From the IMG/VR virus record IMGVR_UViG_3300036770_005504, positions 1-64,000 of that record: a stretch of DNA of 64,000 nt. One strand, 5' to 3'. The notes beneath the pieces were generated by a model. It searched no databases. It was not told where the DNA came from and worked only from the letters and a program-made list of their open reading frames with translations. Shown here piece by piece: positions 19,083 through 27,935 of this stretch; position 1 is the first letter of the stretch, and each line of letters opens with the position of its first letter. The translations under genes were made by a program, and so were the position numbers. The DNA comes from a virus.

Positions 19083-19996
19083 AATGGAGCACTCAACTGT
19101 TGAATAATTTGTGTATATGAGATACCATCAATATTGTGCACCAGACGTCGACATTGATTTCTACCAATTGTTTTTGTTGATAAAAAGTTAAAAGCCAATA
19201 ATTCTTCAAAGCCATGAGTCTTTTTTTTGGGTGTGACATAGGGGCACAATCGTTTTAGTATACGATTTTTACTACTGACCGAAGTCAATTTATAGTTATA
19301 TTTTTCACTGACTAGATTTTTTATATCTGTATCGGTTAGATAATACAACAATAATTCTGGAGTATAACTGAACCATTCGTTGACCAGTGGTAAATTATAC
19401 TTTAAACTAAAACGAATAGCACTGGCATCTTCATTTTCTCTAAATGTCCAATACCAGTAACTGGGATCAGCATTGACATGTCTAGACAGCAGTGCCTCGC
19501 CGCCCATTACTGCTGCAGTCTGTAATTGATGAATAATTTTGTAACAGATCAAGTAAGTGATTTGTGTGCATTGTATAGAATTGCCAAACTCCTCAGCCTC
19601 ACCACTGAATAAAAAATCTTTGACATCAAAATCAACGACCTTGAGTGGCAAGTTCAGTGATGTAGCGATACGTTGAGCTTCTTCCACATCAGTTATATTG
19701 TGATTGTTTTTAAAACGTATGGTCACACAAGTTGGGCGATGGCCAATTTGAACAAAATTATTAGCCACTATTTCGCTGTCTGTGCCTCCGCTCAACAGTA
19801 ATATAAAATCTCGACCATAGTCATTGGCAACCAAATGAGCAGTTCTTTGTAATTCAGACTCAAAATTACTTTTGTTAAATCTGTCGGGATCAACTGAACC
19901 CACCGAACACTGATAAGTTTCATATCCTTGTTGTCGATATCCATATAGTCTATCGTCGATATGATATTTCAAATGATTTTGATAAGTGAAATTCAT
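19073..19996 (-). CDS. PP-loop (asparagine synthetase-like) ATP pyrophosphatase
   Basis: LLLSGGTDSE, VMGGE, KKTHGFE. Confidence 0.7.
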   Translation of the reverse strand: MNFTYQNHLKYHIDDRLYGYRQQGYETYQCSVGSVDPDRFNKSNFESELQRTAHLVANDYGRDFILLLSGGTDSEIVANNFVQIGHRPTCVTIRFKNNHNITDVEEAQRIATSLNLPLKVVDFDVKDFLFSGEAEEFGNSIQCTQITYLICYKIIHQLQTAAVMGGEALLSRHVNADPSYWYWTFRENEDASAIRFSLKYNLPLVNEWFSYTPELLLYYLTDTDIKNLVSEKYNYKLTSVSSKNRILKRLCPYVTPKKKTHGFEELLAFNFLSTKTIGRNQCRRLVHNIDGISYTQIIQQLSAPLWK

Positions 19997-20520
19997 GCTC
20001 TATATTCTGCCACCCATTGAGGAGTAAAGTATATATTTTTTTCACCAATGGGATGGAATTTTTTGTAGATAGGTGGCCAATTGTCGAACAATGCAGTTCT
20101 ACGTCCTTGTTGTGACCTCACAAACCAATTGTATATAGCAGAATTATAATCGTTGACAGTTATCCACCGATTAATATAATTTTGTGTATCAGATATTTGG
20201 GATGGTAAAATATGTTGAGCTAATAGATATTGTGTTCTATATTGCTGGTTGACATAGGACCTTGACAACAATAATGCAGTATTGTTGTTGTATTCGTTCC
20301 AACCGGCACTGGCTATAAACTTTCCGTCTTCCTCTAATACTGTATAACAACCTTGTTTATATCTTCCGTTTTTTAACAGATAAAAAACATTACCAGTTTT
20401 GTCACTGTGATCCGGGTGGTAATTTTCTATAATGTCATTATTTGTAATAGTGGCAAATTCTGATTTTAGTATATTGATGATTTTGTTATTGGCAAGATCA
20501 TGAATATGATGTATAGTCAT
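19993..20520 (-). CDS. GNAT-like acyltransferase-fold protein
   Basis: VLEEDGKFIASAG..LLSRSYVNQQYR. Confidence 0.55.
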   Translation of the reverse strand: MTIHHIHDLANNKIINILKSEFATITNNDIIENYHPDHSDKTGNVFYLLKNGRYKQGCYTVLEEDGKFIASAGWNEYNNNTALLLSRSYVNQQYRTQYLLAQHILPSQISDTQNYINRWITVNDYNSAIYNWFVRSQQGRRTALFDNWPPIYKKFHPIGEKNIYFTPQWVAEYRA

Positions 20521-21239
20521 GAATTTAATACCGCCGATATTTGTGCAGCATTTAGTATATTATCCCAAGGATTTCCTTTGATAGTTTTGCCGTCGAGAAC
20601 ACCAAATGGATGATGATAAATTTTTTCCAGGTCTTGATAGATGTTTTCGTAAGTCACTGAATCGAATGTGATACCCGACAAACATTTATCAACATTGTGA
20701 TGAAAATTTTCAATACTGGGTTTTAGAATTTTCAGTGTATAGTCAATGATTTCTGGGCTGATATAAATTTTATCAGTCAAGGAGCTACCGATACCGAAAA
20801 TATTTCTTTTGTAGATTTTTTTAGAACTCAGTGCAATAGCATAGCTCAACAATTGTTCGTTGATGTTTGCTCTTGACAGTTTAACAAATTTAAATCCTAT
20901 TTTGTTCAATGACGAACATATTGACAATAATGTTTGTTGACTATAGTGATTCATTACAAAAAGTCGAATAGTCATGGGCTGGGTTTGGTCAGCAGCAGAT
21001 AAAAATTTAATTTTATTCTGGTAATCCGAATCAATTTCAAACAATGAATCTTGAGATTTTGTGTGAGACAACACAATATAATTTTTATCATCGCATTGAT
21101 ATTCGCTGCGATTCCAGTTTTCGAAGTATTCGCCTAGATCAGTGGCAGAATTTAGTTCGCTGATTATTTTTGCACATAGTTGACTACCGGACCGCGGAGT
21201 GCACAATATACAAACACGACCATTTAGATAGTCATTCAT
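20517..21239 (-). CDS. Sulfotransferase (Stf0-like)
   Basis: ILCTPRSGS PAPS-binding loop, GEYF, LSR..EQLLS, VTYE; start at MNDYLN. Confidence 0.7.
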   Translation of the reverse strand: MNDYLNGRVCILCTPRSGSQLCAKIISELNSATDLGEYFENWNRSEYQCDDKNYIVLSHTKSQDSLFEIDSDYQNKIKFLSAADQTQPMTIRLFVMNHYSQQTLLSICSSLNKIGFKFVKLSRANINEQLLSYAIALSSKKIYKRNIFGIGSSLTDKIYISPEIIDYTLKILKPSIENFHHNVDKCLSGITFDSVTYENIYQDLEKIYHHPFGVLDGKTIKGNPWDNILNAAQISAVLNS

Positions 21240-21246
21240 TGAACAA

Positions 21247-22104
21247 TTATTCAAGACCCATGCTTTGTCGTATCTTAGTAGCAGATATACTGTGGATCTC
21301 GTCAGACAGCATTTCTTGAGTAATACGATAGCCCACATCTCTACCGTAGACAATTTCTGTAATATTTGGAACAGTGATAACCTGATATTGTCCTTGATAG
21401 AATGGGTCAAGGTCTCTGCGAATCATCGATGATATCTGACTGAAATCAAATGGGTTACTATTGTTCCATCCTTGACAATCTCGAACTTGTATAACAACTT
21501 GTCCAGTTTTAGTCAGTGCACGTTCAAACAATGCACGATGTCCTGCATGCCAAGGTTGATATCGACCCAACATTAATGCAGTTTCTTTCTGCCAATTAAA
21601 AATTGGTCGTCGTTGGTTGTTCAATATATGGTGGCCCACAAACGGCACCCATTTTTCGGCATTTTTTTCTGTAATACGGAAATCGTAATCGTTGGGTGGC
21701 ACAAATATGCGATTAGTGTCTTCGTAACGACCCTCATCAATGGTGTCCATCCAAATAGTCCAATCGGCTTTAAAATTATAGCGCATTTCGGGCAATGGAG
21801 CCACAAAGTCGCAGATCACAAAATCGCTATTACATTCCAATGCAAATTGTGCCATACGTAGACTTTGGCGTATACGGCCATCATGACTAAAATCCCAATC
21901 GTTATATTTTTGTCGCACTTGGTCGGCGTTGAACCAATCAACTTGAGCATGCCAATTATGTGGAGGTTGATCAAATTGACACATACGTTCTGTTGAAATG
22001 TTAGAGATATTGCTGAAATCCTCGAGATATTTTTTTAATTTCTCAGCAAAATGTGTCTTGCCAGACCCAGGAAGGCCGCAGATTAATATTTTTTTTGGTT
22101 TCAT
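21247..22104 (-). CDS. Adenylylsulfate kinase-like domain fused to a cytidylyltransferase-like domain
   Basis: GLPGSGKT P-loop, NADQVR..DFS..GRIRQ; C-terminal GRYQPWHAGH...ISATKIR; start at MKPKK. Confidence 0.8.
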   Translation of the reverse strand: MKPKKILICGLPGSGKTHFAEKLKKYLEDFSNISNISTERMCQFDQPPHNWHAQVDWFNADQVRQKYNDWDFSHDGRIRQSLRMAQFALECNSDFVICDFVAPLPEMRYNFKADWTIWMDTIDEGRYEDTNRIFVPPNDYDFRITEKNAEKWVPFVGHHILNNQRRPIFNWQKETALMLGRYQPWHAGHRALFERALTKTGQVVIQVRDCQGWNNSNPFDFSQISSMIRRDLDPFYQGQYQVITVPNITEIVYGRDVGYRITQEMLSDEIHSISATKIRQSMGLE

Positions 22105-22121
22105 TATTACAATAACATTTA

Positions 22122-22198
22122 TGGTCTCCGAGGACGGATTCGAACCGCCGTCACATGGTCCCAAACCACGGATAATGACCTGGCTATACGACTCGGAG
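22122..22198 (-). tRNA. tRNA-Pro(UGG)
   Basis: CTCCGAG/CTCGGAG acceptor, CGTGG-TTTGGGA-CCATG, GGTTCGAATCC, ACCA. Confidence 0.92.
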
Positions 22199-22206
22199 TT
22201 TTTTAT

Positions 22207-22923
22207 TTATTGTTGTTCCCAATGCACCACATTAAATTCTTGATAAAAGTCCAATTTGCTTTGTCCATTGCCCAATTGAAATGTGTTGGGATCAAATTTA
22301 AAAACTATGGTATCATTGGGCAATGATTCCTTGTAAGTTTTAATAAAACTATGATATGACAATTGTTGTCTTATTTTTTCAAAAATCTCTGGACCCGGAT
22401 CAACATCTATCATGTAGCCCATTAATTCTTGTGTTATACCGTGCATATAAGTCTGTGAACCCAAATAATAGGTATGCGTTATGCCGCTATATCTTCTTTT
22501 TAAATTTAATTCAATGACCCGTTGATATATAGGATTTCCGGGTTCGCTACACATGATATCTTGACTGAAATCATAATCGCCGTCGGTGGGCAACAAACAT
22601 TTTATCCCGGGTTCAACAATCTGACTCATTGGGATATTATAGTATCGATCTAGATCCAGATACATACCACCTTCGTTATAGAGTTTTAGTAATCTCCAAA
22701 TATCGCTTCGTTCCACAAAAGGTCTTTGCTGTAACAATGCATAATCGCGAATGCCGATATGTTGACGGATATATTCATCAACTTCATGGTCGAGATATAT
22801 GTTGACTGTCCAGTCAGGATTGAGATCCCTGACATTACGTAATCCATTCATTATCATGGGATTCTGGTGATCGAAAATATCACGGTCAACCCAAGTCATA
22901 TGAATTTGTCGAGGAATACTCAT
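22207..22923 (-). CDS. Glycosyltransferase, GT32/Och1-like (DXD)
   Basis: IPRQIHMTW, NPDW, SDIWR..LYNEGGMYLDLD. Confidence 0.85.
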   Translation of the reverse strand: MSIPRQIHMTWVDRDIFDHQNPMIMNGLRNVRDLNPDWTVNIYLDHEVDEYIRQHIGIRDYALLQQRPFVERSDIWRLLKLYNEGGMYLDLDRYYNIPMSQIVEPGIKCLLPTDGDYDFSQDIMCSEPGNPIYQRVIELNLKRRYSGITHTYYLGSQTYMHGITQELMGYMIDVDPGPEIFEKIRQQLSYHSFIKTYKESLPNDTIVFKFDPNTFQLGNGQSKLDFYQEFNVVHWEQQ

Positions 22924-22924
22924 G

Positions 22925-23530
22925 TCACATTACCACACCGTGATTACCATTTTTGAATCCCACAATTCCGCCCTGGGCAACGATTCTTTTACAAACATCT
23001 TCGAACAAGATGGGAGTAAAATCAATTTGTTCTACACTTACATTAAAGTATCTAGTATCAATTTCATTACCGTATAATACTTCTCCGGTTTTTGTGTCGA
23101 CACCGCAGGCCTTCATAACCCGATTGGCATGAAGATGTCCGTGGATATTACAACCAAAACGGGCAAGACTATCGGGATGCACCGGAACATGACTAAGGAT
23201 CAAACCATTCATGACATGGTAACCACGAATGTCTCTAAAGTAGGGAGTATAGTCCTCAAGTTTGAAGATATCATGGTTTCCACGGATCAGAACTTTGTCG
23301 CCATTGAGTCTACCCACAGTATGAAGGAAGCGACGATTGATTACTACATCTCCAAGAAAATAGACCTTGTCCGAGGGTTTGACTCTTTCGTTGTGACGAC
23401 GGACTAATTCTTCATCCATTTCCTCAGCAGAGGCAAAGGGACGCAAAGGACTACCGTCATTCCGTTTGAATACTGTACAAGTCTTTTCATGACCAAAGTG
23501 ATGGTCAGAGCAGAGAAAAACAGAGGGCAT
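22925..23530 (-). CDS. Calcineurin-like metallophosphoesterase
   Basis: SDHHFGH, LGD, GNHD, HGHLH. Confidence 0.9.
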   Translation of the reverse strand: MPSVFLCSDHHFGHEKTCTVFKRNDGSPLRPFASAEEMDEELVRRHNERVKPSDKVYFLGDVVINRRFLHTVGRLNGDKVLIRGNHDIFKLEDYTPYFRDIRGYHVMNGLILSHVPVHPDSLARFGCNIHGHLHANRVMKACGVDTKTGEVLYGNEIDTRYFNVSVEQIDFTPILFEDVCKRIVAQGGIVGFKNGNHGVVM

Positions 23531-23551
23531 GATACGGTTCCTTAAAATTTT

Positions 23552-23643
23552 TGGCGGAGATGGTGAGATTCGAACTCACGGAGCCAATTACTTGACTCGA
23601 CGGGTTAGCAACCCGCTACCTTAAGCCACTCGGTCACATCTCC
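23552..23643 (-). tRNA. tRNA-Ser(GCU)
   Basis: GGAGATG acceptor, GCGGG-TTGCTAA-CCCGT, long variable arm, GCCA end. Confidence 0.93.
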
Positions 23644-23652
23644 ATGTGTCTA

Positions 23653-24126
23653 TTAGATATTCAACAACTTTCTTTTCAACTTGTCAGCAGCACCACTGGC
23701 TGCAATAGCATCGGGTTTGACTACTGGCATGACATTACATACCCCCTTGATATATCCAATTGCTTCGTTTAATACCACATTAGAATTATACATTTCATTG
23801 GGATTGATGTCAAGATGAACTTCGATGTCAATGTCTACTACTTCTACTAATTTTAGATACATATCAGCAGCACGATAAACTTCGTTCATCAACCGTAATC
23901 TTGGTCGATTGCGATTTTTTTCGTAATTGATTTCTCTTTCAACTTGTCCGAAAACACGGCAACCATAACGCCCGCCGATATGAATCACCACAGCAGTGGT
24001 ATAATCAACATATTCGATATTGTCTTTGTAAACAAGTTCTGAATCACACCCGAGATAAATTTTAGTGTCAGGGCCGCAGTTATCTACAAACTCTTTAATT
24101 TCTTTGAGATCGATTTGATTTTTCAT
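23653..24126 (-). CDS. RNase H-like YkuK (DUF458) family protein
   Basis: IYLGCDS, RLMNEV, EVHLDIN, AASGAAD. Confidence 0.8.
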   Translation of the reverse strand: MKNQIDLKEIKEFVDNCGPDTKIYLGCDSELVYKDNIEYVDYTTAVVIHIGGRYGCRVFGQVEREINYEKNRNRPRLRLMNEVYRAADMYLKLVEVVDIDIEVHLDINPNEMYNSNVVLNEAIGYIKGVCNVMPVVKPDAIAASGAADKLKRKLLNI

Positions 24127-24171
24127 TTACGGGAATCATTGTTATTATGAATAGATGTTGAATTAATAGTT

Positions 24172-24254
24172 TGGTGCTGGAGGTGAGACTCGAACTCACG
24201 GAGGTTCCCCGCCGGATTACAAATCCGGTGCAATTGCCACTATGCGACTCCAGC
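24172..24254 (-). tRNA. tRNA-Thr(UGU) with an atypical 12-nt variable arm
   Basis: GCTGGAG/CTCCAGC acceptor, CCGGA-TTTGTAA-TCCGG, variable region CGGGGAACCTCC, 83 nt, ACCA. Confidence 0.8.
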
Positions 24255-24318
24255 CATGATTAATAAAAATCAATCTATTATATATGACAACTTTTGTCCA
24301 TGGATATTAATTTGTCAA

Positions 24319-24777
24319 TTACCAACTAGATTGATATTCAAATCGCCACTCCTGAGGCAACGATAACACCTCTTGACAAATATCTATAGTATTTTCAATA
24401 TCCCAAAAATAGTCATCATCATATTGAATGTTACCAAAAAAGAAACCTGATTTTCTGGGCAACAATTCATTGGCTAGATGTCGAAATCCCAATACTCGTT
24501 CACAGATTTGTTGAAGTTCAACCAGTTGACCTCGTGACACTGGGTATGAATTGCAATCATCTTGATTGTTTTGAACATTACGCACAAACCAATCATGAAT
24601 ATGATTAGCTTTACGCCAATATCCAGCTTCAATTTCAACTTCTTTAATGACAGGGTCACCTCCGCGGAAATTCGCTAGTTCAGGAAAATTTTGTTGCACA
24701 GATTCCACTTGACTACGATTTTTTTCATCATATGTATTGAGATATTTACGTCCTTTGAGATACATATCTAGACCCAT
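24319..24777 (-). CDS. Conserved phage hypothetical protein
   Basis: MGLDMYL..YWRKANHIHDWF..GFFFG..YQSSW pattern. Confidence 0.8.
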   Translation of the reverse strand: MGLDMYLKGRKYLNTYDEKNRSQVESVQQNFPELANFRGGDPVIKEVEIEAGYWRKANHIHDWFVRNVQNNQDDCNSYPVSRGQLVELQQICERVLGFRHLANELLPRKSGFFFGNIQYDDDYFWDIENTIDICQEVLSLPQEWRFEYQSSW

Positions 24778-24807
24778 GATAGTTGCCTTTTTAATTGAAT
24801 TAACTCT

Positions 24808-24836
24808 ATTATAACAAATTCTTTTTTTGTAGTCAA
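24808..24836 (-). promoter_or_regulatory. Sigma70-type early promoter
   Basis: TTGACT-17 nt-TATAAT. Confidence 0.7.
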
Positions 24837-24857
24837 TGAGTTTGATTAAATAGTGTT

Positions 24858-25130
24858 GTGAAAAAACAACATATCCCTATTCATATAAGACGTCAAGTCA
24901 TAGAACGAGATGGGCTTTATTGTGTGTATTGTGATGATGATTTGTCCGACCAAGAAGTTCATCTTGACCATATTATCCCCGAAAGTCAAAGTGGTCCCAC
25001 TACAGTGGACAATCTACAAGTAACTTGTCGACGATGCAATACTGCCAAAGGTGTGTTGACTGAAGACGAGTTTGTTAATAGACTACGTATAAGAGCACAA
25101 AATATCTTATGGCGCCTGGGATCAAAATAA
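24858..25130 (+). CDS. HNH endonuclease
   Basis: RDG..CVYC, HLDHIIP..GP...NLQVTCRRCNTAKG. Confidence 0.9.
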   Translation: MKKQHIPIHIRRQVIERDGLYCVYCDDDLSDQEVHLDHIIPESQSGPTTVDNLQVTCRRCNTAKGVLTEDEFVNRLRIRAQNILWRLGSK

Positions 25131-25190
25131 TTGCTGTATCTCTCGAATCAATAATAAAAACATAAATATTGTTATATCGGGAGAATTAAA

Positions 25191-26900
25191 ATTTTACTAC
25201 GAGAATTTGATCAATTAGGAGAACGATCTCCACAACCTCGTGGATTTCGAAAATATCAAGATTCGAGCATTAGAGGGCCGCAGGGGCAGGATCTAGTGAT
25301 CAATAGTCGTGGTGAAGTTGGATATCTAAAAAGGTCAGGGCGTGCCACTAACTTTGTGCCCTTTGATCCAGTAGTGGCAAAACAACAACAAGATGACCGA
25401 TGGAAAATGGAACCCAGTCGGGCTCAACAGACTGCTGCTGAACCAGTGGCAGATCGGTCATCTACCACAGGTGGCGCGGCATTTTTACCTGGGCGAGCTG
25501 CAAAACAACGAGCACAAGGGCTTACTACACCGGATCCTAAATTGCAACAACAATTTGCACGTGGTGTAGCATCAGTTATACCGGGTGTAAGTTCGGCCGC
25601 AGATGTCTACGATGCATATCGAAGTGCCAAGGCCGGAGAATACGGAAAAGCTGCTTTACAAGCAGGTGCAGCAGGTTTGGGGGTAGTGCCTGGGGTAGCA
25701 GTCGGTCGAGCAATTGCAGCACCGTATCGATCGGCCCGAACTGCAACTGGCCCTTCACGGGCAGCATCTACTGCAACAAAACCAGCTGATCCCAGTGCTC
25801 GGGATATAGCAGCAGGTGAAGTAAGTGGACCACCGAGTATTGCTAGACCATCTGCTGTAACTCGTCAAGAACCCACATTAACCGATCCCAACATCAGCAG
25901 TGCTCAAGCAACCCGAGGACGCCAGGAACCCACCGGAGCAGGGCCTACCATATCCGATATTGGTGTATCAGGTCAGTATGATCCTATGCTGAACACTGTG
26001 GTCAAAACACCAAGAAAAGTTGAACCTTATCTTTCTTCTAGCCCAAATATCAAGACAGGAAGAAAGGAACCCGATCTACCAACTAAACCTAGAATTCAAA
26101 GAAAACCTGGTGAAACTCCAGCTGATGCAATAAAACGTGTACAAAGTCAATCAGCAGCCTCTGCAATAAGACCCACTTCTACTACAACACCTGGTGTATC
26201 TATTAATCCTGTAGACGATTTGTCACCAAGCACAGGAAGATCAACTTCGACAATTAAACCAACAATGTCTCAAGCAGCAGCATCGGCAATATCAACTGCA
26301 GCCGCACCGTCCCTTCCAACAACACGAGCAGCACCAACCACACCTGAATTACAACCAGCTAGATCAACTCGAGCAGCACCAACCACACCTGAATTACAAC
26401 CAGCTAGATCAACTCGAGCAGCACCAACCACACCTGAATTACAACCAGCTAGATCAACTCGAGCAGCACCAACCACACCTGAATTACAACCAGCTAGATC
26501 AGCCACAACAGCACCAACTACACCAAGAACAGAACCAACTACACCAAAACCAGAACCAGCTAGATCAGCCACAGCAGCACCAACTACACCAAGACCAGAA
26601 CCAACTACACCAAAATCAGAGCCAGCTAGATCAGCCACAGTGAGCCCTAAGACTTCAGATCAGTCTACAGAATTTAAACCACAAACTCCATCGGGCGGTG
26701 GCGTTGGCGACGATGTTAGATTAAGAGCAATGCAATATCTGTCTGGATTAAGACCAGATGCCAGCGGTAAAGTTAATCCTAACCCACCAGGCATTAATCC
26801 AGCAGCTTGGAGTCCAGAACAATTATCTCAATATAATACTGTCAAAGAACACACTGACGATCAAGAGTTAAACCGTATCATGGTTCTGTCAGGTAGATAA
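25191..26900 (+). CDS. Pro/Thr/Ala-rich low-complexity late protein, probably virion-internal; start probably ATT at 25191 (track start GTG 25296)
   Basis: Frame is open from 25158; TAAATA at 25163 and GGGAGA RBS precede ATT-TTA-CTA-CGA-GAA-TTT; internal repeats; C-terminal ELNRIMVLSG. Confidence 0.7.
   Translation: MLLREFDQLGERSPQPRGFRKYQDSSIRGPQGQDLVINSRGEVGYLKRSGRATNFVPFDPVVAKQQQDDRWKMEPSRAQQTAAEPVADRSSTTGGAAFLPGRAAKQRAQGLTTPDPKLQQQFARGVASVIPGVSSAADVYDAYRSAKAGEYGKAALQAGAAGLGVVPGVAVGRAIAAPYRSARTATGPSRAASTATKPADPSARDIAAGEVSGPPSIARPSAVTRQEPTLTDPNISSAQATRGRQEPTGAGPTISDIGVSGQYDPMLNTVVKTPRKVEPYLSSSPNIKTGRKEPDLPTKPRIQRKPGETPADAIKRVQSQSAASAIRPTSTTTPGVSINPVDDLSPSTGRSTSTIKPTMSQAAASAISTAAAPSLPTTRAAPTTPELQPARSTRAAPTTPELQPARSTRAAPTTPELQPARSTRAAPTTPELQPARSATTAPTTPRTEPTTPKPEPARSATAAPTTPRPEPTTPKSEPARSATVSPKTSDQSTEFKPQTPSGGGVGDDVRLRAMQYLSGLRPDASGKVNPNPPGINPAAWSPEQLSQYNTVKEHTDDQELNRIMVLSGR
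26325..26501 (+). repeat. Coding tandem repeat, 45 bp x ~3.9 (RAAPTTPELQPARST), followed by two ~66-bp degenerate units to ~26639
   Basis: Identical units start at 26325, 26370, 26415 and 26460. Confidence 0.95.
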
Positions 26901-27491
26901 AACAATTTGACAAATATGTTCGAGGCGTTCTAAATGTTCAAATGCACGCCATGGACTAGTGTCTACAGCAATCGCACCATGACGATCCATACCAATGATA
27001 TTGTATTTTAGACTTCCATCTTCCTGCACCCCGATATTTTCAATACAGGCATCTGCTAATTCTTGAGTAATAGGCGGAATCATGGGCACTGTGGGTCCTA
27101 CACTGGTATACCTGCTGAGTTCCGGAAACTCATCTACTAATTTTTGTAGATCGATACCTCGATACATGGCAGCATTGATATAAGTGGGGTGCATATGTAA
27201 AACCACACGCACGTCGGTATTGATTTTTCTTTGCAGTCCCCAGTGCATAGGGATTTCGCCGCTGGGTTCTAATTGTGAGCTGATATCGGTGTATTTCATT
27301 TCATACCAATTGTGTTCACCAATTCCGATTTTTTTAAACATATCGGGTTGTAGTGTTTGTTTTCTAACACCCTTGGGAGTGATGTGAAAATGATCTACAG
27401 TGTTATATCGTAGACTGGCATTACCATCTCGGGTGGTAATCCAGCCACGACGATAACCTTCTCGAAAAATTTCTCCAATTGTTTCTAACAT
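26889..27491 (-). CDS. Class II aldolase/adducin family protein
   Basis: DGNASLR, ITP.GV.K, PSGEIPMH, VLHMHP, DRHG. Confidence 0.88.
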   Translation of the reverse strand: MLETIGEIFREGYRRGWITTRDGNASLRYNTVDHFHITPKGVRKQTLQPDMFKKIGIGEHNWYEMKYTDISSQLEPSGEIPMHWGLQRKINTDVRVVLHMHPTYINAAMYRGIDLQKLVDEFPELSRYTSVGPTVPMIPPITQELADACIENIGVQEDGSLKYNIIGMDRHGAIAVDTSPWRAFEHLERLEHICQIVLST

Positions 27492-27494
27492 AAT

Positions 27495-27650
27495 TTAGCC
27501 CTTGGGTTTGGCGTCAAACGCATCAAAGCATTCTTTGATAAATTTTACCACACGACGATGCGTGTCAAAAATATATTCTCGACTTTCATCTTCGTCATTG
27601 ACTACTACAATATATCCATTTGCTACCTTGCGGATTTCGATTGATTCCAT
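27495..27650 (-). CDS. Small hypothetical protein, 51 aa (not in ORF track)
   Basis: MESIEIRKVANGYIVVVNDEDESREYIFD...; fills the gap in the operon. Confidence 0.65.
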   Translation of the reverse strand: MESIEIRKVANGYIVVVNDEDESREYIFDTHRRVVKFIKECFDAFDAKPKG

Positions 27651-27667
27651 GATTGTTCTTTCGATGA

Positions 27668-27904
27668 TTAATATTTAAGAGACAACATAATAGCATGTGT
27701 TTGATCTTGTAATTCAACCTGTATCGTTTGGTCTATAGGTTGAGTAGTTATACGCCAATCTTTACCGCCATACCATAAATGTAAATAATAAGTTTGTTGA
27801 CTGATCTGAGTCTGACAATATTTTGAAATTTCTGATCGATGCTGACTATTAAATTTTAAAATATATTGAAACTTAGACATATAACAAATATAGCATAAAA
27901 TCAA
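27668..27904 (-). CDS. Hypothetical protein
   Basis: ORF; likely start at MSKFQY. Confidence 0.55.
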   Translation of the reverse strand: MILCYICYMSKFQYILKFNSQHRSEISKYCQTQISQQTYYLHLWYGGKDWRITTQPIDQTIQVELQDQTHAIMLSLKY

Positions 27905-27935
27905 TCATTGAATCAATTTTTTTGGCAAAATCGTT

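Noticed and set aside
3314-19996. Labelling a PP-loop protein as queC
   Set aside because: They share only SGGxDS, lack the QueC C-terminal zinc-cysteine motif and lie far from the que cluster
22105-22164. ORF-track N-terminal extension of the APS-kinase gene
   Set aside because: It overlaps tRNA-Pro; ATG at 22104 is the plausible start
26270-26638. 122-aa minus-strand repeat ORF
   Set aside because: Antisense reading of the coding repeat
26325-26639. Possible CRISPR array
   Set aside because: Units are head-to-tail with no unique spacers, their lengths are multiples of 3 inside an ORF, and no cas genes are present
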